Assembly (NCBI GenBank): GCA_964544275.1
Contig: CAZIZX010000002.1
Span: forward strand, 96,100-160,099
Direction of reading: 5' to 3'
Length of the DNA stretch: 64,000 bases
From: an uncultured Gammaproteobacteria bacterium
GTDB lineage: Bacteria > Patescibacteriota > Microgenomatia > UBA12405
Shown: positions 17,190 through 26,137 of the stretch, in pieces
Numbering within the stretch: the first letter of the stretch is position 1
Layout of the letters: each line of letters starts with the position of its first letter
Program-made: the position numbers and the translations under genes
Notes under the pieces: generated by a model
Database searches by the model: none
Told to the model about the DNA's origin: nothing
What the model saw: the letters and a program-made list of their open reading frames with translations, nothing else

Positions 17190-18239
17190 ATGAACTTAAT
17201 AATATTTATTGTGGCGTTATCTATATTAGTTTTGGTTCATGAGCTGGGGCATTATATTGCAGCCGTCAAAACGAAAGTGAAGGTGGAGGAATTTGGGTTG
17301 GGGCTGCCGCCGAGAATTACAGGAAAGAAAATCGGAGAAACGATTTTTAGTCTAAACTGGTTGCCGATTGGGGGGTTTTGTCGGTTGTACGGAGAGGATG
17401 GTGGGGGTAAAGGAGGCCGGGCGTTTAACAACAAAAATCCGTGGCAGAAATTGATAATCGTTTTGGGTGGGGTGCTGATGAACGTAGTTCTGGCAGTTTT
17501 GGTGTTTACGGTGGTTTATGCCATACTGGGAGTTCCTCAGAAGACAGATAGGGTGAAAATTATTGGGGTAGCAGCGGAATCTCCGGCGGAGGAAGTGGGG
17601 TTAGAAGAGGGGAATTGGATAAAAGAAGTGGCGGGAGAGCCAATTTCCGAACCGGAACAGCTGACTCAAAGGGTGAATGAATTTAAAGGAGAAACGGTTG
17701 AATTACTGGTGGAAAAAGATGGTGAGGAAGAAGTGGTGGGGGTTTTGGTCCGGGAGAGTCCGCCCGAGGGTGAAGGGGGTATGGGGATAGCTATATCCAA
17801 CACGGAGATGGTAAAGGTGCCCTGGTACCAGTTTTATAAGGGAGTGGTGGCGGGTTTTGAGGAGGCCTATTTTTGGGGTGAAATAATTGTGGGTGGAGTG
17901 GCCAAAATGATTGGTAGTTTGCTGAGCGGGCAAAGAGTAGAAGATGTGAGTGGGCCAATAGGAATGTTTCAGGCCACCAGTGCAATTCGGGAGAATCAGG
18001 GGATGCTGGCCGTGGTTCATTTCTTTGGAGTGGTTTCGGTTAATTTAGCGGTGGTAAATATTTTGCCTTTTCCGGCATTGGATGGAGGCAGGATTATGTT
18101 CGTGTTGTATGAGCTAATTACCAGAAGAAAACCGAACCAAAAAGTAGAGTCAATTATTAATAGTGTTGGGATGGTGGTTTTGCTGGGATTGATATTTTTG
18201 ATCACTGCCGGGGATATTGCCAGATTGGTTCGAAATTAG
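17190..18239 (+). CDS. rseP: RIP metalloprotease RseP (site-2 protease with PDZ)
   Basis: HELGHY zinc motif in TM1, a central PDZ-like region, and the C-terminal LDGG motif. Confidence 0.8.
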   Translation: MNLIIFIVALSILVLVHELGHYIAAVKTKVKVEEFGLGLPPRITGKKIGETIFSLNWLPIGGFCRLYGEDGGGKGGRAFNNKNPWQKLIIVLGGVLMNVVLAVLVFTVVYAILGVPQKTDRVKIIGVAAESPAEEVGLEEGNWIKEVAGEPISEPEQLTQRVNEFKGETVELLVEKDGEEEVVGVLVRESPPEGEGGMGIAISNTEMVKVPWYQFYKGVVAGFEEAYFWGEIIVGGVAKMIGSLLSGQRVEDVSGPIGMFQATSAIRENQGMLAVVHFFGVVSVNLAVVNILPFPALDGGRIMFVLYELITRRKPNQKVESIINSVGMVVLLGLIFLITAGDIARLVRN

Positions 18240-18335
18240 TTTTCAGGCTATTTTCATTTTTCTTTGTTGACGGGGGGTTTTAAAGGTGTTTTACTAGTTA
18301 TATTAGCTATTGTTTGCTTGATAATTAGTAAAAAA

Positions 18336-20204
18336 ATGGAAAAGAAGTTGAGGAGATTCAGGAAAAGTTTAGGCTTAGCCCAGATTCCCTTGATCATTGG
18401 TTTGCTGGTAATGGCAGTGGCGATTCCGGTGGCAACCAGGTTAGTAGAACAGAATCAGGATGTGAGGAATCGGGCGGCGAGTGACTGGATTTGTCAGGAG
18501 TCACAGTGTAAAGCAAATTGTGAAGCGCCTTGTACAACTCTACGAGTTTTTGATTCTAATACGGATGTTGGTAGATGTTCTAACGTGAGTAATACAAAAT
18601 CAATAAAGATACATTGTTCAAATACGAGTCCGCCTAAGCCGATTGCTACGGTAGGGCCACAACCATCACCCGCGCCCCACCCGGCTACTCCCATCCCGAC
18701 TCAGGGGACAGTTACACCGACAACCAAACCGACAGCGACTGTGACGACCAAGCCTACAGCAACAGCTACAACCAAACCGGCGGCTACCAGTGTTCCACAG
18801 CCAACGGCAAAGCCAACTTCAGCGCCTAGTGGCGGTACAACTTGCGCATCGAAGGGATTAAAAACATGTCAGGAAGCTTATTCTACCGATCAGGGGTGTT
18901 CGGGAGGTCAGGTTAAAGAATGTGTAAAGTATGGTTGTAATTCGACAGGTCAAGGGGGATCGGGTTGTCCTTTTGACAAAAATGAAAATGGTACTTCTTC
19001 TTGCGGTTCTTGCTTTACTCCTTCAGGCGGGGGTGGTGGGAGTAGCGGTGGTAGTGGGTATCATTCTTGTCCGTCTTCGGACGGTAATCCGAATAAGCAA
19101 GCTTGTTGTGATAGTAGTGGTAATTATGTTGATTGGTGGTTGTGCGGAGGAGCTGGGGATGGTGGTGGAGGACAAACTTTGACATCGTTTAATGGGGTGG
19201 TGGTAGACGAGACGGGAGCGAGATGGGTACCAGGGAATGATGATTGTTCGGCAAAGAAAGGAAGTGTTTCTATTAGTTCGTCTAAGGGGAATGTTAAGTG
19301 GTTGGGTCAAGGGACTCCTGATGCACGTTTTGATGTTACTGGGGTGCCTTTGTCGGAGGTGACGGTGGTGCTGAATCCTCCCGGAGGATGCGGCTACACT
19401 TGTGATAAGTGGAGGATTACTGATGTTGGGGATAATTTGAAATCTTGGAAGGTTGTTGCTGAAGGGAGCGGTTGCACTGTGAAACTTACGCCTTATAAGA
19501 AGGAATATAGGTCCGGTATAACCTTTTTTATGAAAAAAGTTACACCAACCCCTATGGTACCTCCCCGGTTTAATGTAACAATTGAAGGGCCGACAGAAGT
19601 AGTAAGGGGTGAGACGGCGACGTTTATTGCCAGATCGCAAAGTACGGATGTAAAATTAACCAATATTAAATTATATTGGGGTGATAAGGGGGTTGTGGAT
19701 AGTTTATCCGGTTCGATTAATCCATGGGCATTATTTAAAGAATGCAGCGGTAGTAATGTTACTAGTTGTCAGGGAAATTTTCCGACGGACCGTTTTGACG
19801 GGGAATATTATATTGTCGTTAATGCTTCGACTGGTAGCAACGTTCATTGCAGTGGCAATCCTACCTGCCGGAGTTATCCCTGTAGCGGATTTTATGATTG
19901 TGGAACGGGAGATAATATGGTTTTATCATTAAGTGTAGCGCCAACTAGTACGCCTGCATTAGCTCCGACGGCGATGGCTACACCAAAGCCAACAGCTGGA
20001 GTGACTGGTGTTCCGACGGGGACACCGACATTATGTGAAAAAGCCTTAAATGTTAGGCTGGAAGGCTGGAAAACAGAATATGTAGCAAACAGAGGAAGAA
20101 GAGTTTCAGGGACTTGGAATGCTGACGTCAACAGGGATGGTTATGTTGACATAGTGGATCGTTCAATCATTCTAGAATGCTTGATTAAAAACGGTATTAT
20201 GTAA
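18336..20204 (+). CDS. secreted Cys-rich protein with P/T-rich linker, Gly/Ser-rich segment and a C-terminal dockerin-like module
   Basis: N-terminal signal/anchor. TTKPTAT tandem repeats. C-terminal DVNRDGYVDIVDRSIILECLIKNG fits the dockerin Ca-loop pattern DxNxDGxVDxxD. The ORF opens at 18264. Confidence 0.5.
   Translation: MEKKLRRFRKSLGLAQIPLIIGLLVMAVAIPVATRLVEQNQDVRNRAASDWICQESQCKANCEAPCTTLRVFDSNTDVGRCSNVSNTKSIKIHCSNTSPPKPIATVGPQPSPAPHPATPIPTQGTVTPTTKPTATVTTKPTATATTKPAATSVPQPTAKPTSAPSGGTTCASKGLKTCQEAYSTDQGCSGGQVKECVKYGCNSTGQGGSGCPFDKNENGTSSCGSCFTPSGGGGGSSGGSGYHSCPSSDGNPNKQACCDSSGNYVDWWLCGGAGDGGGGQTLTSFNGVVVDETGARWVPGNDDCSAKKGSVSISSSKGNVKWLGQGTPDARFDVTGVPLSEVTVVLNPPGGCGYTCDKWRITDVGDNLKSWKVVAEGSGCTVKLTPYKKEYRSGITFFMKKVTPTPMVPPRFNVTIEGPTEVVRGETATFIARSQSTDVKLTNIKLYWGDKGVVDSLSGSINPWALFKECSGSNVTSCQGNFPTDRFDGEYYIVVNASTGSNVHCSGNPTCRSYPCSGFYDCGTGDNMVLSLSVAPTSTPALAPTAMATPKPTAGVTGVPTGTPTLCEKALNVRLEGWKTEYVANRGRRVSGTWNADVNRDGYVDIVDRSIILECLIKNGIM
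18723..18794 (+). repeat. 3 x 24-nt tandem repeat encoding a TTKPTATx linker
   Basis: The three units are ACCAAACCGACAGCGACTGTGACG, ACCAAGCCTACAGCAACAGCTACA and ACCAAACCGGCGGCTACCAGTGTT. Confidence 0.7.
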
Positions 20205-20217
20205 ATAGGGGAAAACA

Positions 20218-21414
20218 ATGAAAAACAAAACAACAATTTTGGTGATGTTGATACTGGCTGTTGCTTTGGTAGCGGTAATGGCAGTGATAAGCAGTCGGCA
20301 GGATTTGCGAAGAAGTGCCCATTATGCCAAGGGAAGTTTGTATTTAACTCCGACAGATAATGAGGTGAGGGTGGGGGATGATATTAATTTAATTTTAAAA
20401 GCTGTTCCCGGCCCAGATAGTCCGAAAATCCAAAATGTTCAGGCTTTTATCTGTTATAACAAAAGTATTTTGACGTTGGGTGATGATACAGTGGATGCTT
20501 CGGGAAATTATGTTAATGATGGTAGCTTGGCAAATATTAGGGTGATTAATAAAAACGTGTTTTTGGAAGAGCCGATAGTTTTTTTTGAGGATATTGCCGC
20601 TAAAAGATGCTTGAATTTGACAGTGGTTTCCAATAGAGCGTCAGAATTAACCAGTGAGGTGGTTGATGTGGCTTCAATTAAGTTTACAGCAATAGGTGAA
20701 GGAAACGGGGCGGTGGAGATCGTAAAAGCGGATTCGGTAATGTCGGGTTATATAGCCGATAATCTTGATAAAAGCATTGAAATTACAAACGTGGAAAATG
20801 CTAATTATTTGGTAAGGGCAGCACAGGAAGAGCCGCCAGTCGGGGAAGTTCCTTGGTTGAATTTCAAAATGGCCTTTATGGGAGTGAACAGCGAGTCATC
20901 TTGTGCAGTTAATTGGCCGATGACGTTGACAGTTTTGGGAGGTGGAGTGACCCGAGTGTACAGCAATGTTAAGGGTACAGTAGTAAGTGGAACTGAGGGT
21001 CCGGTGGTGTATAACGTAAGTTTGCCGTTGACTGGTTTTAATCAGACAGAGAAGGTGGCAGTGCTAATTAAGGGACCAAAACATCTTCAGGTAAAATATG
21101 CGGTTGATGGACAAAAGGGCTTTTACGGTGCTGCGGGAGGGGAATTGACATTGGCCAAAGACAAGGCAGCAAGTAAAGTTTACGATTTTACAGGTTATCC
21201 TTTGTTGGCGGGCGATGTGACGGGTAAAAATGGAATCCAGGATGGGTTAATTAATGGATTGGATTTTCTTTTCGTCAGAGATAAAGCCATAGCTAGGGCA
21301 AGGGATTTGCAGAATATGGACATGGCTGATTTAGATGGAAATTGTGTTCATAATTCGCTTGATATTACTTGGTTAATGCAATCACTTGCTGAAAGGCAAG
21401 AGCAAATGAATTAA
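20218..21414 (+). CDS. secreted protein with a cohesin-like beta-sandwich module and a C-terminal dockerin-like module
   Basis: N-terminal signal anchor. Cohesin-like segment (LYLTPTDNEVRVGDDINLILKAVPG...IQNVQAFICYNKSILTL). C-terminal dockerin-like ADLDGNCVHNSLDITWLMQSL. Confidence 0.4.
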   Translation: MKNKTTILVMLILAVALVAVMAVISSRQDLRRSAHYAKGSLYLTPTDNEVRVGDDINLILKAVPGPDSPKIQNVQAFICYNKSILTLGDDTVDASGNYVNDGSLANIRVINKNVFLEEPIVFFEDIAAKRCLNLTVVSNRASELTSEVVDVASIKFTAIGEGNGAVEIVKADSVMSGYIADNLDKSIEITNVENANYLVRAAQEEPPVGEVPWLNFKMAFMGVNSESSCAVNWPMTLTVLGGGVTRVYSNVKGTVVSGTEGPVVYNVSLPLTGFNQTEKVAVLIKGPKHLQVKYAVDGQKGFYGAAGGELTLAKDKAASKVYDFTGYPLLAGDVTGKNGIQDGLINGLDFLFVRDKAIARARDLQNMDMADLDGNCVHNSLDITWLMQSLAERQEQMN

Positions 21415-21429
21415 TATTAAAGGAGAAAA

Positions 21430-22038
21430 ATGATAAACAGTGAATTTGGAAAAACATTATTACCATTAGTTTCGGTGGTGGTTATTTTGCAGAGCGTTGT
21501 TTTGGTGAATAGTATTCGGGATAAAAGAAATATTGGGGTGCAGACATTGAGAAACGATGTAGACACTACTGTGGCAAGGGTAAGCGAGGCGAAAGTGTTC
21601 GATATGGTATTTGGTGTAGATTCAAAATCGATGGTTGTCGGTAAAAAATATGCGATTGACTTGAGTTTGCTGAGCAAGGAGCAAAGTAACGTTGGGTCAG
21701 TTGAAATTTATGTAAAATATGATCCAAGCGCTTTTGAGGTGAGTAATTTAAGTTATGATGGCAAATTACAAAAGCCAGATGTTTTGATTGCAGGGGAAAA
21801 GAAGGGGTTAGTGGTGGCAAATTATTATTCTCTAAATCCGGCCGGGTTTGCTTTTAATGAGGCAGAACACTATAGTCTAGTCATGTTTGATGTTAAGCCG
21901 AAGAAGGAAGGAAGCTTTGATTTTGAAATTAGTACTGGTAATGCCGGTGATGGTTCTGCTACCATGATTTTAGACAATAATACAAAGAAGGAATTGCTCT
22001 ACTCGAGCAATAAATTAACTGTTAATGTAACTAAGTAA
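21430..22038 (+). CDS. secreted protein with a cohesin-like module
   Basis: Signal anchor. Cohesin-like hallmark segment (GSVEIYVKYDPSAFEVSNLSYDG). Confidence 0.35.
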   Translation: MINSEFGKTLLPLVSVVVILQSVVLVNSIRDKRNIGVQTLRNDVDTTVARVSEAKVFDMVFGVDSKSMVVGKKYAIDLSLLSKEQSNVGSVEIYVKYDPSAFEVSNLSYDGKLQKPDVLIAGEKKGLVVANYYSLNPAGFAFNEAEHYSLVMFDVKPKKEGSFDFEISTGNAGDGSATMILDNNTKKELLYSSNKLTVNVTK

Positions 22039-22730
22039 TGAAGTATAAAAAAATTATAATTATAGGGTTAATAGTAATGGGAATGTTGGTTTCGGCCAGA
22101 GGGAGGGTGGCGCAGGCTGCGCCTCATTTTACGTTGTCACCGGCGACATACTCGGTTTCTGTGGGCAGTACTTTTGTGGTTGATCTGGGAGCCGATTCGG
22201 AGACTCAAAGTATTATTGCTATGGATGTAGTGGGTACTTTTGATCCAGTTAAGTTAGAGGTGGTATCAGTTGAGAAGAATAATACGACTAACTTTAATTT
22301 TGTGTTTGATACGACAACCCCAATTATACAAAATACCAACGGGAGGTTTGAGGTAACCTTGAGTCCGAGTAGTACCAGTGTTTATGACGCTCAGGTAGTG
22401 AAAGGAAGTTTGTTGAGGGTTAGGTTTAAAGCTAAAGCTGCTGGTGTGGCGAGTGTTAATTTGTCTTGTCAGGCTGGTTCGGTAACTGATACCAATATGT
22501 TTAATCAGAATTCAGAAGATGTAGTTAGCTGCGCTGCCAATCAAAGTGGTTCGTTTACACTGACTGCAGTGGGTGGTGATGGCGATGTCGTGAGTGATAC
22601 AACTACGGTGGCGACTACGGCCGCGCCGACGAGCGAGTTGCCGCAGACTGGTGGTATTGCTTCGACGATAGGATTGGTGTTGTTCGGGACTATCAGTGTA
22701 TTAGGCGCTCTTATGCTGAGGTTTTTATGA
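22038..22730 (+). CDS. cell-wall-anchored (LPxTG) protein with a cohesin-like module
   Basis: Signal peptide. Cohesin-like segment (VSVGSTFVVDLGADSETQSIIAMDVVGTFDPVKLEVVSVEK). C-terminal LPQTGG followed by a hydrophobic stretch and a charged tail, the classic sortase sorting signal. Confidence 0.45.
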   Translation: MKYKKIIIIGLIVMGMLVSARGRVAQAAPHFTLSPATYSVSVGSTFVVDLGADSETQSIIAMDVVGTFDPVKLEVVSVEKNNTTNFNFVFDTTTPIIQNTNGRFEVTLSPSSTSVYDAQVVKGSLLRVRFKAKAAGVASVNLSCQAGSVTDTNMFNQNSEDVVSCAANQSGSFTLTAVGGDGDVVSDTTTVATTAAPTSELPQTGGIASTIGLVLFGTISVLGALMLRFL

Positions 22731-23467
22731 AGGGAAGGGTGAATGCCAAAACTATCATTGTTTTGATAATTATGCTTTTGGTGGTGGTGTTGGGTGTTTT
22801 GGGAGCAAAAACGGTTCAAACATACTTGAGCGGTGCAACTGAAGATGTACTGCCCAGAAATGTAGTACCAACATCGAGTGAGGATGGTAGAAGTGTAGTT
22901 ATTTCCTGGATGTCGGACAAAGAATCTATGGGGGTGGTAGAGTATGGAACATCTCCGGCGTCTTTATTACTTCGGGCAATAGAGACGGGTCAAGTGACAA
23001 GCCACAAGGTAACTTTGACGCCGCTTAAACCGGGAACAGTTTATTATTTTCGGATAAAGATTGGCGAGGAGATATTTGATAACAGTGGTATACCCTATTC
23101 GGTTAAGACTAATGAGGATAAAGGAGTTGGAGTGGAAACAGAAGTAGAGACTCCAACGATAGAGTTAAAGCCGACGAGTGCGCCGGCGGGAAGCGGGGGA
23201 GATACTGAGGTGATAAGCAGCACATGCAACAGACAAACAGACTATAACGGTGATGGTGTAGTTAATGCGCTGGATCACATCCAGTGCATGAAAGGAGGGA
23301 CAGAAGGTGTTGTATCCGTGACTCCAACTCCGGCGGGAACGACACCGGTGATTCCATCCGAGGCAAGTGCAGCCAGTGAAGGTGAATGCAAGGCGGGGGT
23401 TGATTATGACGAAAACGGAGTGGTGAACAGCTTGGACATGATCAAGTGTTTACAAAATAAGAGATAA
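22727..23467 (+). CDS. secreted protein with an FN3/PAP-N-like domain and two dockerin-like repeats
   Basis: Signal anchor. FN3-like segment (VISWMSDKE...GTVYYFRIKIG). DYNGDGVVNALDHIQCMKG and DYDENGVVNSLDMIKCLQNK fit DxNxDGxVNxLD. Confidence 0.45.
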   Translation: MKGRVNAKTIIVLIIMLLVVVLGVLGAKTVQTYLSGATEDVLPRNVVPTSSEDGRSVVISWMSDKESMGVVEYGTSPASLLLRAIETGQVTSHKVTLTPLKPGTVYYFRIKIGEEIFDNSGIPYSVKTNEDKGVGVETEVETPTIELKPTSAPAGSGGDTEVISSTCNRQTDYNGDGVVNALDHIQCMKGGTEGVVSVTPTPAGTTPVIPSEASAASEGECKAGVDYDENGVVNSLDMIKCLQNKR

Positions 23468-23509
23468 TAGGTAGAATATTGAACTGTTAAAACAAAAGGG
23501 GGTGACCTG

Positions 23510-23725
23510 ATGCCAATAATCGTAAAGAAGAAAAAAGGTGAAAGTAAGGATGATGTAATCGGAAAATTCCGAAGGTTGTGTCTTGAAGAAGATATTACTG
23601 AAGAAGTGAAAAAAAGAGCTGCTTATTCTAAACCGTCTGAGGGCAGGTATGCCAAAAAGAAAATAATTTTGTGGAAAGAAAAATGCCGCAAACGAGCTAA
23701 AAATTCGAGAAAATATGTCTCTTAA
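23510..23725 (+). CDS. rpsU: 30S ribosomal protein S21
   Basis: KFRRLCLEEDITEEVKKRAAYSKPSEGRYAKKK matches the S21 core. 71 aa, basic. Confidence 0.8.
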   Translation: MPIIVKKKKGESKDDVIGKFRRLCLEEDITEEVKKRAAYSKPSEGRYAKKKIILWKEKCRKRAKNSRKYVS

Positions 23726-24158
23726 GGATCAAATTAAGTCAGACAGCGTGACTGCTTTAAAAGCGCATGAGAGCAACAGGGTGGAAGTGTTGCGGTACTT
23801 AGTATCGCTAATTGATAAGAAGGAACTGCAATTGCCACCCGGTGAAATGAAGGAAAGTGAAGCGATAAATGTTTTGAGGAAGGAGTTGAAGAATAAGGAA
23901 GAATCGAGAGAAATGTTTAAAAATGCAGGAAGGGATGATCTGGTTGAGTCTTTGGACTATGAAATTGAAATAGTGAAGAGTTATCTACCTGAAGATATGA
24001 ACGAAGAGGATATTAAAGCTATGGTGGATGGGGCGGTGGAGAAGTTTGGAGCTAATTTTGCCCTGGTAATGAGAGAGGTGATGCCTCAGGTACAGGGAAG
24101 GGCGGGAGGAGATCTGGTTTCCAGAATTGTTAAGGAAAAATTAAGTGAAGAAAAATAA
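23715..24158 (+). CDS. GatB/YqeY domain protein
   Basis: YqeY-like sequence throughout. Conserved rpsU-yqeY synteny as in Firmicutes. Confidence 0.7.
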   Translation: MSLKDQIKSDSVTALKAHESNRVEVLRYLVSLIDKKELQLPPGEMKESEAINVLRKELKNKEESREMFKNAGRDDLVESLDYEIEIVKSYLPEDMNEEDIKAMVDGAVEKFGANFALVMREVMPQVQGRAGGDLVSRIVKEKLSEEK

Positions 24159-24516
24159 TTCGGAGATATTGATTAAATACCCCAGGAATTGGGGGTTAAG
24201 TGAGGTTTGGGTGAAAAAGGCCTTGGGGAAGGGATTGGCAGAAAGGGGTTTTGGCAGAAATGTGGAAGTGAGTGTGATTTTTGTGGGTCAGGTAAGGGCT
24301 AAAAAATTAAATCAGGAATATAGACAAATGAACTATATTCCACAGGTTTTGGGATTTTCGATGTCAAAGGCAAAAGACGCGGACGGAATGATTAGGTTGG
24401 GCGATATCGTGATTTGCACCCAAAAGTTAAAGTATGAAGCCAAAATTTTGAAAAAAGATATTAAAGATGTTTTGAGCGACTGGTTGACTCATGGATTGGA
24501 CAATTTGCTTAAGTGA
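24145..24516 (+). CDS. YbeY-like protein (endoribonuclease fold, metal-binding His triad apparently degenerate)
   Basis: The N-terminal half aligns to YbeY (VIFVGQVRAKKLNQEYRQ...PQVLGF...LGDIVIC). The H3xH5xH motif is replaced by LTHGLDNLL. Confidence 0.4.
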   Translation: MKKNNSEILIKYPRNWGLSEVWVKKALGKGLAERGFGRNVEVSVIFVGQVRAKKLNQEYRQMNYIPQVLGFSMSKAKDADGMIRLGDIVICTQKLKYEAKILKKDIKDVLSDWLTHGLDNLLK

Positions 24517-24550
24517 TACATAAGAGACTAATTGCCAAGTTGGATAGTCT

Positions 24551-26089
24551 TTGATTAAATGGGAAGAGATGGCAGTTTTTCATTTGAAGTACAGACCACT
24601 TAAAATAGCGGACTTGGACTTGGCCGATGTATCAGCGAAATTTGCCAGTATATTGGGTAATAGGGATATACCCCAATGCTTTTTATTTGCCGGGCCGAAA
24701 GGGGCTGGGAAGACTTCAGCTGCCAGGATTTTGGCCAGAGCGATAAATTGTGAGGATAAACAAGGGGTAGAGCCTTGCGGTAAGTGTGGGAATTGTAAGG
24801 AAATATTGAGTGGATCGAGTATGGATATTATGGAAATCGATGCTGCTTCGAACAGGGGGATTGAGGATGTGCGGGCACTAAGAGATAAGGCGTATTTACT
24901 GCCGAGCAAATTGAGTCGGAAAGTATTTATTGTGGATGAGGTTCATATGATGACGAAGGAGGCGTTTAATGCTCTTTTGAAGTTGATTGAGGAGCCTCCG
25001 GTTCACACCATGTTTATTTTGTGTACAACTGACGCGCAAAAGATTCCGGAAACGGTGTTGTCTCGGTTGATGAGGGTTGACTTTCGGAAAGGGGAGAAAA
25101 GTGAGTTGGTCAAGTCGCTTAAGAGGGTGGTAAAAGGGGAAAAGCTGGAAATAGAAAAAGAAATTTTGGAGTTGATAGCTGAAAAGAGTGACGGGAGTTT
25201 CCGGAACGTACAAAAGGCGTTGAATGAAATGTTTTTACTTTTTGGAAAAAAGTTGGACAAGGATTTGGTTGAAAAATATTTTGCTAGCAAGGGTGGAGAT
25301 TATACCGAGGAAGAGTTTGAGACAGATTTAAAGAATAGGGAGGTGAGAAAGATTCTGGAAAGGATGGAAAAAATGGCTGATGTGGGAGTGGATTTTACAA
25401 GTTTTAGAGAGAAAATAATCAGTTATTTCCAGAAGCAGATATTGGCAGTTTATGGAGTGGGAGAGAAAAGGAAAGGAGGATTGGGAGTAGGAGATATGGT
25501 GAGGCTGATAAACTTGCTGATTTTGGCTAGCAGAAAAGAGAAAGATATCAGTGTTGATCAGCTACCAATGGAGTTGGCGGTGATTGAATTTTTGGGTGAG
25601 AGCATGGATGGCAAGGGTGAAAATAAAAAATCAGAGGAGGAGACGAGGGCGGCTAAAAATGGAGTTGAGAAGAAACAAGAAACTAAGAAGGTAAACAAAG
25701 GGTTGGATGTTTCGATTGAAATGAAAGAGGTAGAGGAGGCTTGGGGGAAGGTGCTGTTGGCGGTAAAACCGTTTAATCACTCGGTGGAAGCGTTTTTGAG
25801 AGCGGTTAGACCGAGAGAGGTGAGTGGGGATTGTTTGGTGCTGGAAGTATTTTATCCTTTCCATAAAGAAAAGTTGGAGGAGAATAAGAATCGTCGAATA
25901 GTAGAAACAGGACTTAAAAAAGTATTTGGTTGCGATATGGGTTTTGAGTGTATTTTGAGCCAAACCCGGAAAAAACCATTAATAATAGATAATAATACTC
26001 CAATTGAAGTGGTGAGCGACGATGGTAGTCTGGGAGATAAGCAGACGGACAGGGAAATGTATGATGTAGCTAAAGAGATTTTTGGGTAG
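24551..26089 (+). CDS. dnaX: DNA polymerase III subunit gamma/tau
   Basis: Walker A GPKGAGKTSAARILARAINC, the zinc module CGKCGNC, and the sensor/SRC region. Confidence 0.85.
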   Translation: MIKWEEMAVFHLKYRPLKIADLDLADVSAKFASILGNRDIPQCFLFAGPKGAGKTSAARILARAINCEDKQGVEPCGKCGNCKEILSGSSMDIMEIDAASNRGIEDVRALRDKAYLLPSKLSRKVFIVDEVHMMTKEAFNALLKLIEEPPVHTMFILCTTDAQKIPETVLSRLMRVDFRKGEKSELVKSLKRVVKGEKLEIEKEILELIAEKSDGSFRNVQKALNEMFLLFGKKLDKDLVEKYFASKGGDYTEEEFETDLKNREVRKILERMEKMADVGVDFTSFREKIISYFQKQILAVYGVGEKRKGGLGVGDMVRLINLLILASRKEKDISVDQLPMELAVIEFLGESMDGKGENKKSEEETRAAKNGVEKKQETKKVNKGLDVSIEMKEVEEAWGKVLLAVKPFNHSVEAFLRAVRPREVSGDCLVLEVFYPFHKEKLEENKNRRIVETGLKKVFGCDMGFECILSQTRKKPLIIDNNTPIEVVSDDGSLGDKQTDREMYDVAKEIFG

Positions 26090-26137
26090 AGGGGTGATAA
26101 AATGGATTGTTGTTATAAATTCTTTTAAATTACTTTT

